NCBI GenBank assembly: GCA_964019335.1 | Contig: OZ025669.1 | Location: forward strand, 186,001 to 250,000 | DNA: 64,000 bases | Direction of reading: 5' to 3' | Origin: Diplonema japonicum | Lineage: Eukaryota; Protista; Euglenozoa: Diplonemea | Part shown: positions 1 to 10,811 of the stretch, one piece after another | How the letters are laid out: every line of letters starts with the position of its first letter | How positions within the stretch are numbered: the first letter of the stretch is position 1 | The notes under the pieces: generated by a model | The model's database searches: none | What the model saw: only the letters and a program-made list of their open reading frames with translations | Told to the model about the DNA's origin: nothing | Program-made: the position numbers and the translations under genes

Positions 1-862
1 TTGCACGGGGAGAGCCTAATCTATGTTCTTGTAAATGTTCTTGATTGCAGTGTGTGGGACATACCATGGCAATGGGGTACCCGGGGGAAGAGGAATGGAA
101 AGTGCCAGGAGCACCAACAATCGGGAAACGGGGAGCGGGTGCGCTACCGCCCGTGATGTGGATCACAGGGGGTGCATAGGAGTCGTCCCTGCAGGCAGCG
201 GCGATGTCGCCCCATGACAGCCGTGAGACGGTGGTCACATGCCGTGCGTACACCTTAACACTGTCGTCATCATCTATGTCTATGGTGCGTCCCTTTGCGT
301 CAGTGAAGGACATGTCTACGACACCGCAAACGCGTGAGATGACAGAGTAGAGCCGGTTGTAGTGGCCTTCCCCTTTGCCGGAGGACGCAAGGTCAAGCCG
401 TGCGTGTGGCACGGAGACAACTCTGCTGCTGCCGTTCACACGTCTGCACACAATAGGAACTGAGGACGTGGAGCTGAGATAGTTACGGGTGGTGGAAGGA
501 TGGCCAGGAAGAACATGGTCTTCATGCTGGATCACATTTGTCTGCTGCAAGGCAGGCGACAAGCACGTGTTGCGAGGGGGCACCTCCGCCAACGACGACT
601 CTCCTATCACCTTCAACGTGGGGCGGCCTCTCCTGTCGTTGATTCGCTTGTTCCCACAGAGTTTCAAGAACGTGTTGAGCTGCAGGTCCGTCCGTACAAC
701 CCGCACTTGTTTGCCCCCTCCAGTGGTGTACCCCACCTCCGCATCCTTCGCAAGTGTAAAATACTCACCGACCTCTCCCTTCAGCTTCTCCAACGCACCA
801 ACACTGTTCGTGTCGATGCGCCCCTGCCAGGACCGCCCGGAGCCTTCCACCCAGATGTCCAT
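1..862 (-). CDS. Hypothetical protein, possibly with two PB1/ubiquitin-like modules; not in the ORF track (no stop before the window edge)
   Basis: My translation from ATG 862 (MDIWVEGSGRSWQGRIDTNS...) stays open to the window edge. A possible GTATGT..AAG intron at 28-64 would instead end the protein at TAG 16-18. Confidence 0.6.
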   Translation of the reverse strand, partial: MDIWVEGSGRSWQGRIDTNSVGALEKLKGEVGEYFTLAKDAEVGYTTGGGKQVRVVRTDLQLNTFLKLCGNKRINDRRGRPTLKVIGESSLAEVPPRNTCLSPALQQTNVIQHEDHVLPGHPSTTRNYLSSTSSVPIVCRRVNGSSRVVSVPHARLDLASSGKGEGHYNRLYSVISRVCGVVDMSFTDAKGRTIDIDDDDSVKVYARHVTTVSRLSWGDIAAACRDDSYAPPVIHITGGSAPAPRFPIVGAPGTFHSSSPGYPIAMVCPTHCNQEHLQEHRLGSPRA

Positions 863-1037
863 ATTGGATACTAGGGGGGATAAAAAAGAGATTTAAAAAA
901 AAAGAGAAAACTTCAAAGGCTTCGTAGAATAGATATCACGCCCCCTGCGGGTAGCTCTGATACACTTTACTAAGGGAGGGTTCAGCAGAGCCCTACATTT
1001 TCTTCTTTTTTTTTTCTTTCCTTCTTCCCCCCCTCCA

Positions 1038-1634
1038 CTAGTCTTCAAAAACAGCATGTTCGGCATGTGACAGAAGCTTCCAGTAGAGGTGGGCGTGCGT
1101 GGTGATTTCCTCCTCGGTGAGAGAGGTGGTGTCCGCCAGCATGGCGCAAAAGTTGGAGAAGCCCGCGTTCTTGTCGACCCAAGCAAAGGCGGAGGGGTAG
1201 TCGAATATAAGGGAAAGGGCGAAGATGGTGGAGTCAGAGGCACCAAGGGTCGGGGACTTGAAGGAGTCCTTCGTAACGTCAGAGGAGAAGGGGAACTCAA
1301 GTCCGTGAGTGAGGACCCTTTCGATTTGGTCGGGAGGAACTTCAAAGCATAGCAGAGCCTGATGCAGGTGCTCGTCAGGCGACGGCCGCTGCTTGGCCTG
1401 GAACTTTACTATCTTCTTCAACATCTTTGTGATAGCAATGTCATCTAGATTGTTAGTTCGATACAGGTATCTCTGCTCAATCGCCTTCATGTTTGTTTTT
1501 TTCAAGCCTGCGGCTGCAGCCATCTTTTCTCCGCTAGTCGCATCTATAAGCTTTCTCGACAAGCTTCTAGCTGGTGCAGCTGTTACGTCTGCCATTACTC
1601 GCTTTTTCATCTTGCAAATAGTTCGCTTCAACAT
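1038..1634 (-). CDS. Hypothetical protein (198 aa)
   Basis: ATG-started ORF with ordinary codon composition between homopolymer-rich spacers; same strand as all neighbours; no recognised motif. Confidence 0.65.
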   Translation of the reverse strand: MLKRTICKMKKRVMADVTAAPARSLSRKLIDATSGEKMAAAAGLKKTNMKAIEQRYLYRTNNLDDIAITKMLKKIVKFQAKQRPSPDEHLHQALLCFEVPPDQIERVLTHGLEFPFSSDVTKDSFKSPTLGASDSTIFALSLIFDYPSAFAWVDKNAGFSNFCAMLADTTSLTEEEITTHAHLYWKLLSHAEHAVFED

Positions 1635-3504
1635 TTTTCTTTTTCCCCCTCCGAACTTGTGCTCATGAAAAAAATAGTTTTCTTATCCATAAAAAAAAAA
1701 AAAAAAAAAAAAGGCAATGACAGTACCGGAAGTGGCTGGGAGGGGTGGGGATAGGGGAAGAACAGAAGAAAAAAAAAGAATGTGTGAAAGACGGTGGTGA
1801 GTGATTCATGTGGAAAGAAGGGAAAAGGTGTGACCGACACCCCTTCACTATAGCCAAGGGAAAGAACTTAAAAACAAAAAAAAAACGAAAAGCAAACTAA
1901 AATTAAAGACACCCCCCCTCCCCCCGCATCATTCCGCGGGGAAAAAAACAAAACTCCCTGGCAGAAGTTATCTTTATTACATGGCACAATACTGTAAAAC
2001 ATTAATTTCCGGGAGGAAAACTTAAATCAGGAGGAAAAGTCAAGCCTCTTCAGCTGGATCGAAAGATAGAAAGTGTTGGAGAACTGGTGTTAACAGCCCT
2101 TGGTTACACGATTTGATTCTTCACATGCTTGGAAAAAAAGCCTTTACTTCCGGTAATTTATTGTTTTACAGTATTTCCTTTTTTTTTTTTTTTTTTTTAT
2201 AAAAAAAAAGAGATCGTTTTAAAAAGGAAGGTCACTTCTTTTTCTTTTTTTTTTTTCTTTTTTGCACGACAGCCAACTCTTCTTTTCCTCTTTCCTCCTT
2301 TTATCAAGATTTACCACCCCCCTTTTTCCCCCTCTCTTCTTTCCCTTCTTCTTTTCTTTTTGCACCCAAACACCGGATGCTGTTCTGCAGGAGAAAAAAA
2401 AAAGTACAAATATGATAAGGGAAAGAAAATTGTGTTTAGCAACACGATCCCACAGTTGTGGGTTGTGCCTACCTAAAAAAAAACAAACAAACACAAAACT
2501 AGGCACAAGGTAGTAAGACTTCAGATACTGGAAACGATCCTTATCTTATAAAATGATGGCTCTGAATTATATAAATCCCCTGAAACGGTTTCAATATGCC
2601 AAAGGGGCTAGGGGGGGTTGGTGGGTAACAAACAAAAGGGTACAAAAAGGGTAGCAACTCAGCAGAGCTAGCTTTTGCCAAGAATCTTTTTTTTTTTTTT
2701 TTTTTTTTTTTTTTGCACAGTTTCACAACATAAATCACTCTTGGTTTTCTTTTTCTTTTTTCCCTTTTTTTTTCCTTTTTTTTTTTAAATATATATTGAC
2801 AAGGAAAAAAAAAAAAGAATAAAAACGAAAGAAGAAAAAAAAAAAAGCCGAAACAAAGTATCTTATTATTCTTTTTTTTTTTTGTAATATACCTTACTGT
2901 CCGCTGGTCATGAGTATCCTGGGAGAAGGGCAACTATCCACCGCGGTCCGGGGTGGGGACTCGTGACTCATGCTGACCCGGGACTGCTAACGAAATAACG
3001 GAGTAGAAAAAAAAATTAAAATGAAATGCACCCCCCCCCCCCCCCCCCCCCCCTCTTTGATCTGATGTAATTTTCTCTTTTCATCTTCTGCACCCCGCAA
3101 TTTTCAATTTAAAATAAAGGCCATGATGGGGGAAAGCGCAGCAAATCGTCCCCACACGTACAAGAAAAAAAAAAAAAGAACCTCCAAATAAAGACAATCC
3201 ACCTGAGGAAAGCTTCCCGTGGCGTGAATGTTTCTATCTAATTAATGCTCCCTTTCTAGAGCATAGCTAATAAAGAGTTGGCGGTTTGCTGTCTGTGACT
3301 CTTTTAGTAATAAAAAAAAAAAAAAGAAAAACCAAAGATGTCTTTGAAGGGTCATTAAAAAAAGGCTTGCGTTCTTTTTTTTTTCTCTTCTTCTTTTCTT
3401 TTTCCTTTGCGCTCACCCGACGAGCGTTGGGTCAGTTTGCCCTGTCCCCCCCCCCCCAAAAAAAAAGGCGAGAGCTTTTACATTTCTTGTTCTTTTTACC
3501 TTAC

Positions 3505-3536
<32 letters not shown>

Positions 3537-3543
3537 AAAAAAC

Positions 3544-3574
<31 letters not shown>

Positions 3575-3578
<4 letters not shown>

Positions 3579-4514
3579 TCACTCTCTCTGTCACTCATGC
3601 TCATATTGATGGACCCAAGCCCCACAACCCCCCGACTCAGCGCTACGTGGGTGCTGGCATTTCGTTCCTTCGTCGCGGCAACCGAGCTACTAGGAGTTGA
3701 AAGAGCTTTTTTTGAAAGCGGCCTGCCCTCCTTCAAGGGGGGTATAGTGACCTTGTCCAAGTCCACAGATATTGTTTCCGAGCTGACACAGTGCTCTGCA
3801 AACCTATCGACGCTCAACTAAAGAGGGGTGATAAAAAAAAAAACATATTTCCCTCCATACCCAATTCAAAACATCTGAAGCCGTTGGCCTTGTATGGTAA
3901 TCAGGCTCCAGAAGGGAAGCGACCAGCCTAGACAACATTGGGTACCCCAGCCCCTCTAGCTCTTCCGCAATCTGTGAAGGAAAAAAAAAGATTTTTTTTT
4001 ATCTTCCTCAATACATACCTGAGCCTGGAAAAACTCAGTCTGCAAGGCCTCGCTGAACATAACACGGATGTTGTGCTCTTCCAACCTCTTCGAGGCCACA
4101 GCGTACATGATGCACCCCACTGCCCATACGTCAGCTTCTTTACCATAGTGGTGCGACCAGCACTCGGGGGCCATGTAGCACAATGTACCAGCCCTCGTAG
4201 CACAGTACCTGTTGTGCATTTTTTTCGCCAGCCCGAAGTCGGTCACCACCACGTTCTTCAGGTCGTCCGTAAGCAGGATGTTTTCTGTGGCAGACATAAA
4301 AAAAAAGCTTCGGCAACATTACCTGGCTTGAGGTCCCTATGGATCAACGGCTGCTCCCTGTCGTGCAGGTACTGCAGCAACGAACAGATTTGCGCGGCGA
4401 AATCCAACAACAACCCCTCGGGGATGAGGTCCTCAAAGTTCAGGGTGAACTGCTTCAGGTCGCCTTGCCGATAGAAAGGCATCACCAAGCACACGTATTT
4501 TGGGCTTCGGAACT

Positions 4515-4549
<35 letters not shown>

Positions 4550-6497
4550 TTCTTCCCCCTTGATACCCTCTTCAGGTCTTCCAGGAGTGGTTCGTCGCTC
4601 TTGTCTTCAGATGATTCATCAGACGCGTTGCTCCAGTTCATGAAAGTCTCCTGCACCCTGATCATGTTGGGGTGCCCCTGGTACGACCGCATGGTCCTGA
4701 ACTCCAGCAGTGCCCTCTCCTGCGCGTCATCAGAGTCGCAGCTGTGCAAACATATGCTCACGTGTGGGAAACATACCTCAAGTACTTCAGAGCAAAAAGC
4801 ATCTTATCATGCTTCCTTCTCACTAAGAAGACTACCCCGTAGCTGCCACTGCCCAGCTCCGACAGAACCTGGTACTTCCTCCCCGGGGATGTGTGTTCAA
4901 GAGCGTTTCCGCCTTTTCTGTTATAAGAGAAGCAGAGGATTAGCGCAGCGATCACAATAACCCCCAAGATGATGGTGGAGATCCAACGGGCTTGGGTGTA
5001 CCAATGCGAAGAGGAAGGAGCCGGAGTGAGGGGTGGTGACGGTGTGTGGTTGCTTGTCATGAAGGAGATGAGGGTGCCGCTCTGTGAAGCGAAGAAAACG
5101 GCATCCTCGCTGACGACGGGTTTGGACGGGGTGATCAGGATGTACTGCATCAGGTCCACTGCGTACGACCACGAGACGTTCTTCTCCTTCAGTGCGTAGA
5201 GGATCTCGTGCGTCTGGTTGACAGCGTTGACATACAACACGTTGTCCGTGAGCGAGCTCACAGGTGACGACCACAGCAGGTTCAAATCGCCCCCCGAGTT
5301 CCCCGCATCTGTGAAGGTCCAGTTCACGTCTGGCGCGGTCCACTGCCCTGAGGTCACAACACTGTTGTACTGCGTCTCCCACACACCGTCGATGCGGCAG
5401 TAGCAGCCATACTTCCAGCTGGGGTCTCCAGCCGAGTACCAAATGAACGAGCTTGCATTGCAATAGCTGTGCTGGCACCCATTCTTGCATTCCTCCCAGC
5501 TCTCCACCTGCGTGAGGTACTTGATGGCCGATGTGTTCGTGCGTGGCTCTGTAGCTGCCGCCCCATAGGACGCGTCGACGCCATGCAGCACGTGCTGAAA
5601 GGAGAGCTCGGGCTGCGTCAGGACCCACACACCCCCAGGCTGCGACGATGCAGGAAGGACAGAGTACGCAATTCTCCCTGATCCGTCTTGTAAGGCCACA
5701 GGCGATGTAGGTGTCGTGAGGGTCGGCTTCCACCACAGGTGGATGCCGTTGCTAGCATTGAAGGCTGTGATCCCGGGCTTCCCGACCTTCGTGCACCCAA
5801 CGAGGACCACGCCCTGCGTGACGGTAGGAGGTGCTGTGATGTTGATGCCTTCATGCTTCCAGACGAACCTCCCGTCCAATCCGTTAATGGCGACTAGGAT
5901 GTTGGCAGCACCTGCGAAGACATAACCAGTGTTGCGGTCGTAGGTGGGGGAGATGGGGGGCTCACGGTAACTGAGACTCTTGATCTCGTTCGAGATACTG
6001 ATCGACCAGGCGACGCTGCCTCCTACTTTGTCGTCTAAGGACTCAACGTAGAGAGCGAAGATGGTGTCAAGGTCGTCGGTGGCAACATACACCATGTTGT
6101 ACTCAATGGAGACTGCAACTGACGACTGCTGCTTGCTACCGTACCACCGCCAGCTAGAAGACGAAGTGTCTGCCTCGAAATTGATTAGTGTCATGGACCC
6201 TCCTGCACCCCCTCCGGTGCTGAACACGTGGCCGCCAGACACAACTGGGGCACGGACATCAGGACCGCCTGTTCCCATCTGCCATGAAATGGAGCCATCA
6301 TCCCTGTCGATTGCGTAGAATTGACTGCTTGTCTTTAGATCTGAACTCGCCACGTACACATTATCCTCTCCTACTGCTGCGATCAGCTGCATGCCAGAGT
6401 TCGCAGGAAACATCCATGTGATCGGCGGGATGTCGTCCTCTTCTGTCATCACAGTCGTCGCGCACAGCAGGACAAGATACAAGACCACTTTCAGCAT
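3575..6497 (-). CDS. Receptor-like Ser/Thr kinase: signal peptide, PQQ-type beta-propeller ectodomain with Cys-rich PAN/apple-like insert, TM helix, NEK-like kinase domain; 5 introns
   Basis: Removing GT-AG introns 4742-4776, 4513-4566, 4285-4322, 3972-4018 and 3818-3860 joins ORFs 4758..6497, 4258..4761, 3956..4297 and 3575..3817, restoring GSGSYG, ALK, HRDLKPEN, DFG, YMAPE, DVWAVG. TM helix WISTIILGVIVIAALILCF. Confidence 0.88.
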
Positions 6498-7060
6498 GGA
6501 GGGGCGGCGGCCCCCCTCGGCCCTGTGGTGTTTTCTTATTATGTGTCTTTTTTTTTCCCTCTTTTTTTAAAAGGAAGAATAAAAACGTTTCTTTTTTTTT
6601 CTTTCTCTTAATTTCTACTTCTTGTGTTATTTTCTTCTTCCCCCCCCCCCCCCCCACCCTCCTTCTACTTTCTTCTTTATTATACCATCTTTTTCTTTTT
6701 TGTTTTGAAAAGCGTGCCACTTAGAAACAAAATGTCTACCTTTCATTTAGAAGAGAAAAAAAAGGGGGAGGGACGTAAAACGGGGATAATAGAGACTCGG
6801 GGAGCGAACCAAAAAAGAGCAGGTACTTTTTAAGGACACAAGATTGGCACCCCTACAATGCCTACGTGATCACGATATGCGATAATAGGCTTTTGTAGAT
6901 TGGGCCGAAAAGAGAATAAATAACGGTGTGCTTTTAAGCCTGTACAGGATCGCATGTGTAAGGACAAGCATCTCATCTTGTGTCAGAACCCCTTCTGTGG
7001 GAGTCGCCTTACATTTGTATATCGTTTAAAAAAAAAAAACTCCCCCCCCCTCCCCCCTCT

Positions 7061-7783
7061 TCACACGATAGACGAGCTCCATGTGCGGGGCGAGGGGGGT
7101 GGCGAGGGCTGCTGCTGCAATCCGCAGAATTCCGAGTTCGCCCATGAAGCGATGTTAGAGACGGCGGAGGCGGGGTGGGCTGTGGGGGAGGAAGGCAACC
7201 AAAAACATTTCTCAGGATGCAAGACCTCCGGAGACGTCTGGTTAGAGATGACGAGGTAGATATGCCAAGTAAGCAGCCCTGCTGCCGTTGCCTGAAAGGT
7301 TACCGTGACAAGCATGAGGGCCACTGGGAGGATGTTGGAGAACGAGAAGAACGGACGAGGCAGCCCAGCAAATATCACATCGGAAACTGAGAACAGACAC
7401 ACAGTAGACGCCACCAGAAAGAACACATACTTCCCGTGATTGCCAGCACCCACACAGCCGTTGATTAACGGGCAGTGATGGTCCCACTTCAATATGCATT
7501 TCTTACACGTTTTGCAATGCATGGTCCGCGGTGCTCTGCTCACCTGACAGTCTTCGCATACATTAACATTCCCCACTGTCCCTGTGCCCCCTGCGCTGCT
7601 ACTCGGTTCGCTCCGCCTCACCATGTAAAATGCCACGTCCATCACTACAATCTTGAACATCAATTGGGTGGGGATCCCCCCGATCCAGCTCCAGAAGACC
7701 CATGCAGCCACAGGGTGCATTAATAGTACAAAATAGAGACCGTGCATGGCGGCACGTTTGTTCTTCACAGCTGAGTTGGCCAT
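7061..7783 (-). CDS. DHHC-type palmitoyl acyltransferase
   Basis: CEDC..RAPRTMHCKTCKKCILKWDHHCPLINGCVGAGNH Cys-rich DHHC domain, four hydrophobic helices, NQTSPE (TTxE-like) motif. Confidence 0.93.
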   Translation of the reverse strand: MANSAVKNKRAAMHGLYFVLLMHPVAAWVFWSWIGGIPTQLMFKIVVMDVAFYMVRRSEPSSSAGGTGTVGNVNVCEDCQVSRAPRTMHCKTCKKCILKWDHHCPLINGCVGAGNHGKYVFFLVASTVCLFSVSDVIFAGLPRPFFSFSNILPVALMLVTVTFQATAAGLLTWHIYLVISNQTSPEVLHPEKCFWLPSSPTAHPASAVSNIASWANSEFCGLQQQPSPPPSPRTWSSSIV

Positions 7784-8374
7784 TTTCTATTTTTTTTTCT
7801 CGCTTTTTTTTTTCTTTTTTTCTCTCCCCGTACACCCGCCTCCCTCCCCTCTTTTGTTTTACTTGTTTTCTTGTAAGAACGAAAATGAAGGGGAAGGACT
7901 GGGGTTTCATTACATCGGAAAGGGGGGGGTGGAAGGGGTGGGGGGGGACACAAAAAATCGCGGGGGGGAAGGGGGGAAAACATAAAAAATCGAAGAAACA
8001 CGGGCAGAAACTGAGGGCAGCGGGAGAAATAAGAAATTTAAAGAAGCAAAAAACAAAAACAAAAAAAGCAAAAAAAGTAATTTGCAATTATTCTTCTTTT
8101 TTCTTTTTTTAAATTTCTTTCCCCCCCAATAGAGCACCTTACTAGAAGCGACAAGATGGCTCAAAGTTGGAAAAAAAAACCGAGAGGGAAAGCCCTCATT
8201 CTGTTCAGGAACGAAGGGGGAGGGAAATAAAATACAACATTAGAAAGAAAAAATAGGGGCTAAAAAAAAAAAAACAAGGTAAAAAGGAACAACACAAGGG
8301 TAGGCGGGGGTACGGGGCTTTATAATCTAAGGGGAGAGATACAAACAAGTGTTCACTACACTATTATTAGTTGC

Positions 8375-10549
8375 CTACAGGCCTCTGTTACCAGCCGGTG
8401 ACATGCCCCTCGGTGGCGGGATCATAGAGAGGGCAGGTGCAGCCTCATATCCAGGGTATGCGCTGACAGGTGAGGACGAAGGAAGGTAAGCAGGAACAAC
8501 AGGCTGGGTGATAATAGGGCGGGGGAGGGTACTAGAGTTGCCAGGAGTACCGATAATGCCGGAGGTGTATGGGGACCGCGAAGCTGCCCTTGTGGGCGAG
8601 GCTCTCAAAGGAGACGCAGTCGTATCAGCTGCCTTTGGAAAAATAAAGTGTTGAGTTGTTATTTTTCTTTTCCCCTCATACCGTTCCCCCTCTTCCATGC
8701 GTGCTGTGGAAGGTTCTGTGGTCTGTCCTCAGCCTCGCCTCATTCTCCTCTAGTGCGTCCCTCATTTCCCTCAGCTTCAACTCTTGCTCCAGCAACGGTC
8801 TCTCTTCCTCCTCCACTTGCCTTCTGTTTACGTTCAGCTCCATATTTTCGTGCTCCATCGTCTGCGTTAACTTCTCCTGCTCCTCAACGCTCCTGACTGC
8901 CTCATCTTCAAGCACCAGCTTCTGCGACTCTTTCTCCTTCAAGTTCTGCAGTTCCCTCTCTTCCATATCACGCTTTGCCAGCTGTCGTGCTGTGTCATTC
9001 TGCGACTCCCTGTGGCAGGCTGTGGCCTCCCTCTCTCTTTCTTGTCTCGCTGTCACCTCTGCCTCCGCCATCGCGACCCTGTCGTTGCACGTTTGCGTGT
9101 CCTTCTGCGCTTCACCAAGCACAATGTTCGCAAGGTGTTCTGCACCCTGCGCCGAGGCTAGCTCGCCTCTTATTTTGTCAACAGCGCCGTGGTTCCTCTC
9201 CACTTCCCTTCGCTGCTCGGCCACCCGCCTTTCCATTTCCAGGAGCACCTCCTCTGCCTTTGCTTGTTCCGTTTCTTGTGTTTGCAGTTTTCGCTGCACC
9301 ACTTCAACGTTTCTCGACGACTCCATGAGCTCCACCTGCTTCTGCCTTTCCTTGTCCTTCTGCTGGTTCTGCTCGATGATTCTGTGTTGTGCTTCGAACA
9401 AATCACTGCTGCACATACCTCGATCTGAGCTCTTCTCTCCCCCTCTCCGTGTCGTCGTGGGCAGCTTCCAGCACGGTTTTCGCGTCCTTTTCCCGCAGCT
9501 GTGCCTCTTGTGCGGAGGCAATCTGCGACGCTAGCTTCTGCTCCTGCCCTGCAGACTCTGCCTGCGACTGCATGGAGGCCATGCGTGCCTCCTTCTCTTT
9601 GCTCCTCAGCCTGTACGAGATTACTGTTGTGATCATGAGCATACTCATCCAATCTCATCTTCGAGATCTCGATACTCTGCTGTTGAGAGGCGTCCGTGTG
9701 GAAATCCTGTGTTTAGGTGTAGATGGCAAAAGGCACACCTTCGTGCGGAAGTAAAGAGAATCGAGCAGCGTGGGGTACAGTTCTGTGAATGCTTTCCACT
9801 CGTCATAAGAAATGAGGTTGTCAGCATTAGCATCTGCTTTGGCAAAGAGCTCCTGGGGCGTCACGGTGGGGTAGTCTATCCTCAGGCGTGCGAAGATAGC
9901 CTGTGTGGCTGTTGCGGAGTGCTGTGCATACCCTGAAGTCTTCGAGCTCAGCGACGCGTGTCTTCTTGCTGTCCATTTCATCGAACACCATGCGCTGCTT
10001 TTCGACGAAAGGGATTGTGCGCCCCTCAATTGCGGCAGCAGCAGGTGCGGTGGCCAACCCGGGCGTAAACCCAGTAGCCGCATATTCCACGGTTCTGGGC
10101 TGAGTGACTGTAGCGTAGGTGGGAGGCTGGGGTGGCGGTGCCATTTGAGTGACCGAAGAGTAAGCATCGGGGCTAGTCATCTTAGGTGTGCTTGCAAGAG
10201 CGAGCGCCCTTGTGATGGGGGCAGGGACTGGGGGCGGAATTTTACTTTGGACCTCTTTGTGAAACTCGTTCTCCTTCTGAAAAAGGTACACCTGAGAGTA
10301 GTCTTGGAGCTGTGCGGGTGTAAGCAGGTCCACCCATTGCTGTGCCCTCTCGTCAAAAGTCTGCATCCTGTCGATGTCGAAGCCCTGCGTTGGAGGGACA
10401 TCGGCAGGGCGTCTGGCAGCGTGCTCAGGCGCAAACACGTTCTCTACTTTCTGCTGCAGATCAGCAGACGTTGGCATAGTCGGGAACTGAAGCTCATAGT
10501 TGACCTTAGAGCCCCATAGGTCAGCCGCGCACAAGATTGTAATAGGCAT
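8375..10549 (-). CDS. BILBO1: BILBO1-family flagellar pocket collar protein (ubiquitin-like NTD, EF-hands, coiled coil); 5 introns
   Basis: N-terminus AADLWGSKVNYELQFPTMP..WVDL..QLQDYSQVYLFQ..HKEVQSKIPP matches the trypanosome BILBO1 NTD as I recall it; EF-hand DANADNLISYDEW; long coiled coil. Introns 9901-9931, 9707-9738, 9611-9644, 9382-9418 and 8633-8681 give one continuous frame. Confidence 0.85.
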
Positions 10550-10811
10550 CTTTCTTCGTCACCTCCTGTAAAAATGAGTATTGGCACGTGTTGGCTAGAG
10601 AACAAGAAAATTAAGTATACTGGAGTTATCGTATACATAAACAGAAGGGAGGGAATGCTAGCCTGCTCCCTTCCCTCCTTGCCCACCGTGTTTGAAAGCC
10701 ATGCGGCTTTAAGCAAAAAAGAGTTAGCAGCCACGTTGTAGGACGCAGCAAAGAAGAAAAGAGTGTGGCACGATCCTTTACGGATCTCTGCCAGAAGATA
10801 GTATCATGTGT

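Noticed and set aside
1628-3700. Poly-Phe/poly-Lys ORFs in spacers, and F/K-rich N-terminal extensions of several genes
   Set aside because: Translations of homopolymer runs, often from non-ATG starts; starts were moved to the first plausible ATG.
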